From Clostridia bacterium (GTDB taxonomy: Bacteria; Bacillota; Clostridia; Oscillospirales; CAG-272), in assembly GCA_017624905.1 (NCBI GenBank), contig JAGAMD010000021.1, positions 1,754 to 65,753 on the forward strand: a stretch of 64,000 bases of DNA, given 5' to 3'. A model generated the notes under the pieces. That model was not told the origin of the DNA. It saw only the letters and a list, made by a program, of their open reading frames with translations, and did not search any database. The translations under genes and the position numbers were made by a program. Positions 1 through 10,330 of the stretch are shown piece by piece. Position 1 is the stretch's first letter; each line of letters starts with the position of its first letter.

Positions 1-864
1 GTAAAAGTGCCCTTGACCGTTTTCATCAATTGAATAGGTTTTTGGTTTTCCTGAATCATGTAAAAGCATTGACAGTCTTAAATGTAATATCGGTTCGATA
101 TTTTCAATTGCTACTGCTGTATGTGTCAACACATCATAAATATGATATTTATTATTTTGCTCAAAGCCATGCATTTCTTTTATTTGTGGGATTATTTCAC
201 CTATAATCTCATAATTTTCAAGAAGTGCTTTTTTTACATTTTTGCCGAGCAAAAATTTTGACAGCTCAATATTGATTCTTTCGCAAGAAATATTGTGCAA
301 AAGATGTGCACATTCTTTCATTGCATTTTTAGTATTCTCTTCAATTTCAAAGCCAAGCTGTGATGCAAAGCGTACACCACGAAGTATACGCAAGGCATCC
401 TCCTCAAAGCGTTTTTTAGGATCGCCTATTGCTTTGATAGTTTTGTTTTTTATATCGTTTTGACCACCAAAAAGGTCTATTATTCCCTCACTATCGTTAT
501 AAACAAGTGCGTTTATTGTAAAATCACGACGGGATAAATCATTTGAAAGATTCGTTGTAAATTCAACTCTTTCAGGATGACGGCTATCCTTATAATCCCC
601 ATCAATACGATAGGTTGTAATCTCTATTGGCTCTTTTTCGTAAACAAATGTAATTGTGCCGTGCTTTATTCCCGTGTCAACGGTATAATAGCCATCAAAG
701 ACCTTTTTCATTTGTGAAGGAGTTGCACTTGTTGTTATATCAAAGTCGTGTGCTTTCGTTCCCATTAGCATATCACGTACACTACCACCAACAACATATG
801 CCTCGTAGCCACTATTGTGAAGTAGCTCTAGTGCTTTTTTTGCACCTTGGCTCAATACTAGCAT
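1..864 (-). CDS. cca: CCA-adding enzyme (tRNA nucleotidyltransferase), N-terminal 288 codons; 3' part lies beyond the left edge
   Basis: Absent from the ORF track because it is open at the window edge. Hand translation of the minus strand from ATG 864-862, preceded by SD aaggaggag (plus-strand ctcctcctt 868-876), gives MLVLSQGAKKALELLHNSGYEAYVVGGSVRDMLMGTKAHDFDITT...RRDFTINAL...EDALRILRGVRFASQLGF. GGxVRD, DxD and RRDFTINA are class-II nucleotidyltransferase head motifs. The frame stays open to nt 1. Confidence 0.85.
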   Translation of the reverse strand, partial: MLVLSQGAKKALELLHNSGYEAYVVGGSVRDMLMGTKAHDFDITTSATPSQMKKVFDGYYTVDTGIKHGTITFVYEKEPIEITTYRIDGDYKDSRHPERVEFTTNLSNDLSRRDFTINALVYNDSEGIIDLFGGQNDIKNKTIKAIGDPKKRFEEDALRILRGVRFASQLGFEIEENTKNAMKECAHLLHNISCERINIELSKFLLGKNVKKALLENYEIIGEIIPQIKEMHGFEQNNKYHIYDVLTHTAVAIENIEPILHLRLSMLLHDSGKPKTYSIDENGQGHFY

Positions 865-885
865 ATTCTCCTCCTTTCAAGTCAA

Positions 886-2919
<2,034 letters not shown>

Positions 2920-3134
2920 TTATAATATATTATAACATAATTACTACTAAAATTCAAGTTTGCTTGTACTATTCATCGCATTATTTTTCAATTTTTTTCT
3001 CTTGTCGACACCTTTGCTTATCGCTTGATGTCGAATTGTCATTTCTTGGCTTTTTGTGTCCTACGATTGATGTTGAATTGGGTATTTTTTCCTTTATAAT
3101 TAACATAGAATTTCTAATTTGAAAGGATGAAAAA

Positions 3135-4292
3135 ATGAGGCAAGGATTTAGAAAATATTTATCAACAATTGTGCTAATTCTGTTATGCGTTGTATGTGCT
3201 ACTATCTTTTACATAAACGCAAGTGACATATTTAAAGGAAACGAAAATAATGAAAACGGGAACGGTAACACTAATACAAATATAAATATTAACACAGATG
3301 TTCCTCCGCCTGAAATACCTGTCGCAGTAATTGATGCAAGTGGCACAATTCTTAGTGAATACTACTGTGATACCAATTTACGAGCCGAATGGGTAACACT
3401 TAAAAGCGAAGGCTCAGATATGATATATCTAGGTGTTGAATTATATCTTGACTCTCTACGCCAACCAAATGCTACTGACGGCTGTCTTATTGTAAACGGA
3501 CAAAAAACAGAGTTTAGCTATACGGCTAGTGAAGAAAGTCCTACTTTACTCGCGACCTGTACACAAAGCATACAATCGACCGATGATGTGAGTATGAGAA
3601 TTGAAGCTTATTTAAATGTTGATATAAAAGAAGACAATGGTGTCAGTCTATCTAGCCTTGAGCTATCCGGTAATATTGTTGCGAGTGAAAAATACAAGAC
3701 TATGGCACAAAGCTCAGCTATACCTCTTAAACACATATCGCAATATCCGGAGTTACCTAGTGGCGACGAGATAACCTCTCTTGCTATGGTGCTTTCATAT
3801 CTAAAATATGATGTTGATAAATGCGACCTTTGTGATGTTTATTTAGAAAAGGGTCCTGTTGGATATACTAATTTTAATGAGGCAAATGTTGGCAATCCAA
3901 GAAATGCGTATAATTCATATGGCTGTTTGCCTCCTGTAATCATAAAAGCTACTAACAAATATATTTACGCCAATGGTGGCAATTTCAAAGCGTATGATTA
4001 CTCAAAAACAAACACCGATGAGCTCTATTATGAGGTGAGCCAAGGTAATCCTGTTATTGTATGGGCGTGTGAGGATTTTGATATTACCCCGTCAATTTCT
4101 CGCATTTGGATAGTAGATGGAGAAACACTGTATCTAAAATCAAATATGGCTTGTATGGTGCTAATTGGTTACGATTTTGAAAAAAATACGGTAACTCTTG
4201 CAAACCCTGCCGGCAATATCTTTGATATTGATATAAGCTTGTTTGAGAAGCGTTTTATAGAAATGGGTGCTTACTCTATCGTTATAAAATAA
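3135..4292 (+). CDS. Membrane-anchored protein with C-terminal YvpB/BtrH-type C39-like papain-fold domain; catalytic residues apparently substituted
   Basis: 385 aa. SD aaggatg precedes the start. N-terminal TM helix (LSTIVLILLCVVCATIFYI), N/G/T-rich linker, then QYPELPSGDEITSLAMVLSYL...VIVW...MVLIGYD, which matches the C39_2-like pattern. Confidence 0.7.
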   Translation: MRQGFRKYLSTIVLILLCVVCATIFYINASDIFKGNENNENGNGNTNTNININTDVPPPEIPVAVIDASGTILSEYYCDTNLRAEWVTLKSEGSDMIYLGVELYLDSLRQPNATDGCLIVNGQKTEFSYTASEESPTLLATCTQSIQSTDDVSMRIEAYLNVDIKEDNGVSLSSLELSGNIVASEKYKTMAQSSAIPLKHISQYPELPSGDEITSLAMVLSYLKYDVDKCDLCDVYLEKGPVGYTNFNEANVGNPRNAYNSYGCLPPVIIKATNKYIYANGGNFKAYDYSKTNTDELYYEVSQGNPVIVWACEDFDITPSISRIWIVDGETLYLKSNMACMVLIGYDFEKNTVTLANPAGNIFDIDISLFEKRFIEMGAYSIVIK

Positions 4293-4358
4293 TCTCTTGA
4301 TTGCCCCTTGTGATTATTTTAGCTATCTCCATAGCCACGCATCTCCCCTTTGCGTGGC

Positions 4359-4386
4359 AAAAGCCGACCACTTGGTCGGCTTTTTC
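4359..4386 (+). terminator. Rho-independent terminator downstream of the C39-like gene
   Basis: Stem gccgacc (4363-4369) / ggtcggc (4374-4380), loop actt, followed by ttttt. Confidence 0.7.
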
Positions 4387-4402
4387 ATTGCTAGAACAAA
4401 AT

Positions 4403-4436
4403 AAAAAAGCTCCGTCGCTATTGCAACGGAGCTTTT
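4403..4436 (-). terminator. Terminator of the minus-strand tRNA operon
   Basis: Stem gctccgt (4409-4415) / acggagc (4426-4432). An A-run on the plus strand gives a U-run in the minus-sense transcript, directly after tRNA-His. Confidence 0.7.
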
Positions 4437-4437
4437 A

Positions 4438-4515
4438 TGGGGTGGATGATGAGATTCGAACCCACGGCCTTCAGAGCCACAATCTGACGCTCTAACCAGC
4501 TGAGCTACACCCACC
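4438..4515 (-). tRNA. tRNA-His (GUG) with encoded G-1 and CCA
   Basis: Minus-strand sequence GGTGGGTGTAGCTCAGCTGGTTAGAGCGTCAGATTGTGGCTCTGAAGGCCGTGGGTTCGAATCTCATCATCCACCCCA folds by hand into a cloverleaf. Anticodon loop TTGTGGC; the extra 5' G pairs with C73. Confidence 0.93.
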
Positions 4516-4588
4516 AAAGTGCTCTCTCCTTTTTGGAGAGTATATAGTCTTACCACGCTTGGGCAAGACCCCTAACCACCGAAGTGGT

Positions 4589-4665
4589 TGGCGTACCCAG
4601 AGAGATTCGAACTCCCGACCTACTGCTTAGAAGGCAGTTGCTCTATCCGGCTGAGCTATGGGTAC
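4589..4665 (-). tRNA. tRNA-Arg (UCU)
   Basis: Minus-strand GTACCCATAGCTCAGCCGGATAGAGCAACTGCCTTCTAAGCAGTAGGTCGGGAGTTCGAATCTCTCTGGGTACGCCA. All four stems pair; anticodon loop CTTCTAA. Confidence 0.93.
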
Positions 4666-4676
4666 ATGCAAAAAAA

Positions 4677-4750
<74 letters not shown>

Positions 4751-4777
4751 AAATCGCTATTTGTTTTTTGCCCTCAT

Positions 4778-4806
4778 ATAATATCACATTAAAAATGCTT
4801 TGTCAA
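4778..4806 (-). promoter_or_regulatory. Sigma-A promoter of the tRNA-Gly/Arg/His operon
   Basis: Minus-strand TTGACA (4806-4801), 17-nt spacer, then TGaTATTAT extended -10 (-10 hexamer 4783-4778). Lies about 27 nt upstream of the tRNA-Gly 5' end. Confidence 0.7.
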
Positions 4807-4891
4807 TACCTTTTTTTGATTTTTTTATTTTTTTGTGCGACATTTATTGCATACAGTAGTTTTTAAAGACTGATAAAAGTAATTTGTCAAT

Positions 4892-4961
4892 CCCTCAGTC
4901 AGTTTTGCTGACAGCTCAACACAAGGTACGCCCTAAAGGGTGCCTTTGCACAAAGGAGCCT
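4892..4961. repeat. 70-nt interspersed repeat element (copy 1), flanked by a perfect 10-bp direct repeat ATTTGTCAAT
   Basis: ccctcagtcagttttgctgacagctc...aagggtgcctttgcacaaaggagcct. A second copy with the same termini lies at 61526-61594. Flanking direct repeats are at 4882-4891 and 4962-4971. Confidence 0.7.
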
Positions 4962-5010
4962 ATTTGTCAATACCTTTTTCCAAATTTATTAATTTTTTGT
5001 GCGGCAATTA

Positions 5011-5045
5011 TTTTAAAGGAGTGACATCTTGCCACTCCTTTAAAA
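5011..5045 (-). terminator. 13-bp perfect inverted repeat immediately after the SGNH operon stop; probable terminator
   Basis: Arms ttttaaaggagtg (5011-5023) / cactcctttaaaa (5033-5045), 9-nt loop. The U-tract is short, so strength is uncertain. Confidence 0.45.
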
Positions 5046-5711
5046 TTATAGATTTTTCAAAAAACTTGTTAGTCTTTTTGCTAAAATTTCATACCCCTTG
5101 TCATTTGGATGGAGCCCATCTACTGTATATATTCCTTGCCATGGCTGAATGTGTACTGGCATAGAGCCAGCACCAAAAAGGTCTAAAACAGGAACTGAAT
5201 AGCACTCACACACTTCCTTTATTGCCTTGACATAATCGCAAAGTGGGTGTTGAACAACGCCCTCCGGCTTCCATGTACCAAGTCCACCATTTTCGTTCCA
5301 TCGGTGAAGTGGTGTTATAAACACGATAGCTGAGGTTGGATATTTTTTAATAAGCTCAACACAAAGCGTACGCACTGCACCATAAAAGGTATAAATTTCT
5401 TTATCCTCAATTGTACCAAGAGGCGCTTGACCATTTCCATAGTCGTTTGTGCCACCGAATACGACAATTACATCAGCATCGGGGTCCATATCCCACATAC
5501 GCTTTAAAAAGTCTTGATCGCGTGGCTCATTTGGGTCCTTCATTTCACTTTGTCTTGCAATCCTTGTGCCGCCCTGACCATAGTTTCTTGCCTCGGCAAG
5601 ACTATTATATTCCTTCATTAGGCTGACGTAGCATTTATCAGGTGAGCTTGCGCCACAGCCCTCGGTTATTGAGTCGCCCAAAAAGTTGATTTTCTTTCCC
5701 TTTAGCTCCAT
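5046..5711 (-). CDS. SGNH/GDSL-family hydrolase (paralog 2)
   Basis: The track ORF 5046..5813 is trimmed to the internal MELKGKKINFLGDSITEG start, which has SD ggaga. GDS block I is present, plus GGTND and a C-terminal DGLHPN block. Its ATG overlaps the upstream stop by 1 nt (TAATG). Confidence 0.85.
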   Translation of the reverse strand: MELKGKKINFLGDSITEGCGASSPDKCYVSLMKEYNSLAEARNYGQGGTRIARQSEMKDPNEPRDQDFLKRMWDMDPDADVIVVFGGTNDYGNGQAPLGTIEDKEIYTFYGAVRTLCVELIKKYPTSAIVFITPLHRWNENGGLGTWKPEGVVQHPLCDYVKAIKEVCECYSVPVLDLFGAGSMPVHIQPWQGIYTVDGLHPNDKGYEILAKRLTSFLKNL

Positions 5712-6355
5712 TATAGATTCTCCAAGAATTTTTGAAGCTTTCTTGCAATGAGCGCGTGTCCTGCATCGTTTGGATGGAGTCCGTCTGGCATATATTTTTC
5801 GCACCAAGCCCAAAGGTTACCCGGCATACCGCCGTCCTTGAAGAGATCGCAAACAGGGATTGAATAGTATTCCAAAACCTCTCTTTGTGCGTTTACAAAA
5901 TCCTTAAGCGGTCTTGACACCTCAGAGTCAAGCTTTCCCTCTTGGAGTCTATGTAATGGAGTCATAAACACAATTGGCTTTCCAACATATGTCTCAATTA
6001 GATATTTACATAGGTTGTGCATACCACCATAGAAGGTGTGAATATCCTTGTTGTCAAATGTACCAAGTGGGATAGTTGCGTGACCATAGTCGTTTGTACC
6101 GCCAAACACTACTACCATATCGGCATCAGTATCCATATCTAGTGCACGAAGGTTGAAGTCTTGGTCAAACGGATTGTCGGTAATAACCGGCAAACGTGCA
6201 ATCTTTGTTCCACCTTTACCGTAGTTTCTCGCCTCGGCAAGTCCTGCATTTGCCTTTAAAAGCTGATGATATGGCTTTGTTGCCCAGTCACTTGTGCCGT
6301 GCCCCTCTGTGATTGAGTCGCCTAGAAAGTTGATTTTTTTGCCCTTAAGCTCCAT
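5711..6355 (-). CDS. SGNH/GDSL-family hydrolase (paralog 1)
   Basis: 214 aa. MELKGKKINFLGDSITEG..., GGTNDY, DGLHPN. Clearly paralogous to the downstream gene. Confidence 0.88.
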   Translation of the reverse strand: MELKGKKINFLGDSITEGHGTSDWATKPYHQLLKANAGLAEARNYGKGGTKIARLPVITDNPFDQDFNLRALDMDTDADMVVVFGGTNDYGHATIPLGTFDNKDIHTFYGGMHNLCKYLIETYVGKPIVFMTPLHRLQEGKLDSEVSRPLKDFVNAQREVLEYYSIPVCDLFKDGGMPGNLWAWCEKYMPDGLHPNDAGHALIARKLQKFLENL

Positions 6356-6426
6356 TGTTTCAGTTCTCCTGTGATTTTAAAATATATATATATTTTACCA
6401 CATATGAAAATTTTTTCAATACTTTT

Positions 6427-7335
6427 CTAGAACAAAATTGGAAATGTGAATAAAAGCTCTCTTAATTGCGTATAAATTGCTCCTGCCTGTGATATTGGCA
6501 ACGGATTTGTGCCCTTTCCACATTCAATTGTAAATGAGGGCTTATCGTATGTGTCGATCAGCCAATCGGTAAGACCTCCGTATGAAGCTGTATCGCTTGT
6601 TTCTGCAAGATTATATTTTGTCATTCGAGACATTATTTTAGATATATGTAGTGATTTTTTAGGAATTTTGCCACGTGATGAATAGTATATTTCCTCACCC
6701 TGTGTGTGAAGTGATAACACACCGTCAAGCGTGTCTAAATTATATCTAATGAAATTGCAAAGTGCACTTATCTCCGGCTCACTTTCTGCATACTCCCCGC
6801 TATATTTTGTTTTTCCGGCTAAAATCCCTCTTTCTCTTTCAAGTGATTTGTATTCGTCAAAAAAGGCATTATAATTATGGTTTAAATCAACACCCCTTGC
6901 GTTTGCTTGCCAAAGAGAAAAATCCTCACCACCATTATATTCTATAACTCTGTCTCTTATAGGATTTTCGTGTGCAACTCCGTGTAATCGATACTCTACT
7001 CCGTCCGGATTTAGCATTGGTACTATGTAGATTTTTCGCATTTTAAATAGATATCTTAAATTGATTTGACATATTTGTCCATAGCGCTCATATGCTGAAA
7101 TGTATTCCTTTATAAATCTAAGTAAGATTGATGTGCATATATTCTCGCAAGCGTGATGGGTAGCTACATATAAAACACTTTTTTGAGCACTCTTATTTCC
7201 AAGTGTAATTAGTGGGATAGGTCTGTTAAGTAAGCTTGTTTCAAGATAAGAAAAGTCAAAAAAATCGTATTTTTCACTAAGCTCATTTAGCTCCTTTATT
7301 AACGCTTCATAATCTAGCTCTTTTCTTTCGTTCAT
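6427..7335 (-). CDS. M14-family zinc carboxypeptidase (gamma-D-glutamyl-meso-diaminopimelate peptidase-like)
   Basis: 302 aa. HxxE zinc motif (THHACE), NPDGVEY, DLNHNY and LSLHTQGEEIYY are typical of M14 peptidases of the ENP1 type. Confidence 0.8.
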   Translation of the reverse strand: MNERKELDYEALIKELNELSEKYDFFDFSYLETSLLNRPIPLITLGNKSAQKSVLYVATHHACENICTSILLRFIKEYISAYERYGQICQINLRYLFKMRKIYIVPMLNPDGVEYRLHGVAHENPIRDRVIEYNGGEDFSLWQANARGVDLNHNYNAFFDEYKSLERERGILAGKTKYSGEYAESEPEISALCNFIRYNLDTLDGVLSLHTQGEEIYYSSRGKIPKKSLHISKIMSRMTKYNLAETSDTASYGGLTDWLIDTYDKPSFTIECGKGTNPLPISQAGAIYTQLRELLFTFPILF

Positions 7336-7446
7336 ATTTTCTCCTTTTGTGATAATTTACTGAATTTTTTCAAAAAAATAAAATTTTTCTTTATTTTTAT
7401 ATAAATATGTGTTACAATGTAGTATATTACTGACTTGAGAGGTTTT

Positions 7447-8244
7447 ATGAATAAAAGAACTTTTAAATTTTCAATATTGATTGCCGGTATCACGGTCGCA
7501 GTACATACAGCGTTCGTTATTGCACAGCTAATGCTTGATATATTCTCAAATAACACGGATTTACAAAATGCATTTGCAGATGTTTCTCAGTTCTTTGGAG
7601 GCATAGCAGAAATTACCGCTTATGCAATCGTGATTTATGCATTTACACACTTCAAGCCAGCACAGGCTTGTAAGTCGTTTATTGTAGCCGGTAGCGTACA
7701 TCTTTCATCAGTTATATTGACTCTTGTACCTGTTTGTATTCTTATTGGCATAACCGTGCCTGAGGTTGACGCAATGCTGTTCTATATGGCTGACGCTATA
7801 AGAAATGCATATTTAGGTGCTGTAAATCCTCGCATTATTCCTACTATTTTAGTGGCGGTAATTACATATCTTTGCACAATGAATGGCACAGCCGGTATAA
7901 AATCACTATTCAGCTTTAAAAATCCAATTCAAAAGGCGATGATATTCTCAACAATAGCTGTTTATCTTACTAAGGTTTTCACAGCGATTATTGTTAATGA
8001 TTTGACTATGATTACTACTGTTATTGTAAATGGTGGCTTGCTAACAGATACTCCGCTTATTACCGCCGGTGAGTTTTGGCTTGAAATGTGGAACACTGTA
8101 CTTTATCCACATGTTAAGTATCTTGTTATTTACCTCGTGCTTCAATACTTTGTTTTATTGCTTGTATATTTCCTTAACAAGAGATTTACAGAAAATACGC
8201 CTATTAAAAAAAGAACAAAAACTAACTCATTGGAGGAAATATGA
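7447..8244 (+). CDS. Polytopic membrane protein, unknown function
   Basis: The track ORF starts at TTG 7435. ATG 7447 follows SD gagagg. At least 6 hydrophobic segments. Its stop overlaps the next start (ATGA). Confidence 0.75.
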   Translation: MNKRTFKFSILIAGITVAVHTAFVIAQLMLDIFSNNTDLQNAFADVSQFFGGIAEITAYAIVIYAFTHFKPAQACKSFIVAGSVHLSSVILTLVPVCILIGITVPEVDAMLFYMADAIRNAYLGAVNPRIIPTILVAVITYLCTMNGTAGIKSLFSFKNPIQKAMIFSTIAVYLTKVFTAIIVNDLTMITTVIVNGGLLTDTPLITAGEFWLEMWNTVLYPHVKYLVIYLVLQYFVLLLVYFLNKRFTENTPIKKRTKTNSLEEI

Positions 8245-9689
8245 AAAAAAGAATTATCTCTATCGCACTTCTCGTTTTGATGATTATACCTGTTGTTTCA
8301 TCCTGCTTAAAATTCAAGGATGATAATGACAAAAAGTATGATTATGAATTGTCTGACTATATCACATTACCTAGCGACTATAAGGATCGTAAGCTTGATT
8401 TAGAGCTTGATGCTTTACAGGCTGCAATTGACACTTATCTATTGAAGGCTGTTCAAGAAAATTCAGATGGCTACAAATACAAGGTTTCTCGTGGTGATGA
8501 CATTTATGTTGACATTAATGTTTATGATGAGCTTATTATCACATCTGAAAACACTGATGCAGTTATAACTAAAAAGGGCAACAAAATTGATGCTCTATCA
8601 AAGTCCAACTATCTAATCGAAAACCTCGGTAGCTCTCCTTTGCCATATGCAATAGAGCTTGACCTAATCAATGGAAATTTAAACATTAAGGATGTTTTGG
8701 AGAGAAAATATTCTTATGACAAGCTTGAGGATTTTATTCCAAGTGAATACGAGGGAAAAAATATTTGGTTTGATATTAAAATCTTAAACAAAAAGGTTGA
8801 GCTTGGAGACGTCGTTTCTGTTGCTTACAAGGGATACCATGTAGACGAGGTTGGCAACAAGGCTAAGGACGAAAACGGCAAGGAAAAGGACCCATTTGAT
8901 TCAAGCACAGGAGCTTTCTTCTTCCCCGGTACTAAGCTAGCAATTGACGATTTTGAAAACAATCTCGTTGGTATGAAATTAAATGAGCAATTCTCTTTCT
9001 ATGCAACATTCCCGGATGATTACAGCGAAGAGGAATTCAAGGGTAAAAGAGTTCTTTTTGAGGTTACTATAAATAACGTTTATACACCACCTGTTTATAA
9101 TAGCAACTTTATTAAAACTTGGTTTCCTGATTACTCTTCCAGAAGTGAATTTGAAGCAAGTCTGAAAAAAGAGTTTATTATGACTAAAATGTATGATTAC
9201 GTTTTAGAAAATGCAGTTGTTAAAGAATATCCGGAGGCTGAATACAACTTGCACAAGGCTGAAATTGAGGAAGCAAGTGCTTCATTTGAGGAATACTACG
9301 GCTACACCTTTGATGAATACATCAAAAAAGCATACAATATGACTCGTGATGAATATATTAAGTCTCAAATGCTTACCGAAATGGTTTATTACACCGTTTC
9401 AAAGGAAAACGGCTTAATTCCTACAGAGGAAATGCTAACAAATGAAAAGCAAAATCTAATTTCTTACTACAAGGCACTTTATATGCAACAGCAAGGACTT
9501 GATGAAAAAACAGCTCTTGATACCGCAACAAGCTTTGTAAACAACTTAGGTGAAAGCTATATTTATGAAAATGTAATGTACAACATGGTTGAGGAATTTC
9601 TCTACAAATGTGCAACCGTTACAGAGCTACCTGCAACCTATGAATCCATCACAACAAAGATAGCAAGAGAAGAGGCTGTTACTCAGTAA
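8241..9689 (+). CDS. Lipoprotein with trigger-factor-like FKBP PPIase and C-terminal chaperone-arm regions
   Basis: 482 aa. Lipobox LVLMIIPVVSSC. GDVVSVAYKGY...FFFPGTKLAIDDFENNLVGMKLNEQFSFYATFPDDYSEEEFKGKRVLFEVTINNV follows the trigger-factor PPIase pattern. Confidence 0.7.
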   Translation: MKKRIISIALLVLMIIPVVSSCLKFKDDNDKKYDYELSDYITLPSDYKDRKLDLELDALQAAIDTYLLKAVQENSDGYKYKVSRGDDIYVDINVYDELIITSENTDAVITKKGNKIDALSKSNYLIENLGSSPLPYAIELDLINGNLNIKDVLERKYSYDKLEDFIPSEYEGKNIWFDIKILNKKVELGDVVSVAYKGYHVDEVGNKAKDENGKEKDPFDSSTGAFFFPGTKLAIDDFENNLVGMKLNEQFSFYATFPDDYSEEEFKGKRVLFEVTINNVYTPPVYNSNFIKTWFPDYSSRSEFEASLKKEFIMTKMYDYVLENAVVKEYPEAEYNLHKAEIEEASASFEEYYGYTFDEYIKKAYNMTRDEYIKSQMLTEMVYYTVSKENGLIPTEEMLTNEKQNLISYYKALYMQQQGLDEKTALDTATSFVNNLGESYIYENVMYNMVEEFLYKCATVTELPATYESITTKIAREEAVTQ

Positions 9690-9692
9690 TAT

Positions 9693-9730
9693 AAAAAAGA
9701 GAGATGTTTTTCATCTCTCTTTATTTTTTT
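9693..9730. terminator. Bidirectional rho-independent terminator
   Basis: Stem agagagatg (9698-9706) / catctctct (9712-9720), flanked by an A-run and a T-run, between convergent genes. Confidence 0.8.
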
Positions 9731-10328
9731 ATTTTCTTTTATCGCTTTCGAGGTAGTATGTAGCTTCCATGTCGGCTGTTGACAAAGCGAATGCAAGAGG
9801 ATACATTTCAAATGCCTTGCTTACGTTGTTTGTTGCCATTGCGTTTTCTGTATTTGAATATCCCATATGGTATCTGATTGCAAATGCCTCTTCTCTTGTT
9901 AGCTTTATAAATGGTGAAATCATATATACGCTTTTTTCACCATGACCATATGGAAGATTGTCGTCAAACTCATAGTATGGCACCTTTTCCCAAACGCCCT
10001 GCTCATTTTTTGCGTTGCGATAGCTAACCTTATATATATTCATTTTACATAGGTCGTGTAAAAGTGCTACTATGGCAATTGACTCCTCGCTATAATTTAG
10101 CTTATATTTTTCTCTTACTACGTCTCTATCAAGGTAAGCAACCAAGCACTCATAAACGTTGATTGAGTGCTCACAGAGTCCGCCCTCGTATGCACTGTGA
10201 TATCTTGCACTTGCAGGTGCTGTAAAAAAGTCAGAGGATGGTGAACAGATAAAGTCAAGTAGCTTGTCAGCACCCTCTCTTTTTATTTTGGATTTAAATA
10301 TTTCTATAAATTTATCTCTTGCGTTCAT
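9729..10328 (-). CDS. HD-domain phosphohydrolase
   Basis: 199 aa. H...HD signature (CEHSINV...ALLHDLCK). Confidence 0.8.
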   Translation of the reverse strand: MNARDKFIEIFKSKIKREGADKLLDFICSPSSDFFTAPASARYHSAYEGGLCEHSINVYECLVAYLDRDVVREKYKLNYSEESIAIVALLHDLCKMNIYKVSYRNAKNEQGVWEKVPYYEFDDNLPYGHGEKSVYMISPFIKLTREEAFAIRYHMGYSNTENAMATNNVSKAFEMYPLAFALSTADMEATYYLESDKRK

Positions 10329-10330
10329 TT

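Noticed and set aside
4516-4588. A 73-nt spacer between tRNA-Arg and tRNA-His that is tRNA-sized and contains three small hairpins. I considered a fourth, degenerate tRNA.
   Set aside because: It has no T-loop (GTTCRANYC) or D-loop consensus, and no acceptor-stem pairing can be drawn. It is more likely a processing spacer.
5712-5813. A 34-codon N-terminal extension of the second SGNH hydrolase in the track. Similar upstream extensions (often from TTG/GTG) occur for hisG, hisI, plsX, fakA, the recombinase, Gfo/Idh/MocA, the AraC genes, abfA and the ZIP gene.
   Set aside because: The extensions overlap upstream genes or lack an SD. Internal ATGs with good SDs restore the conserved family N-termini.
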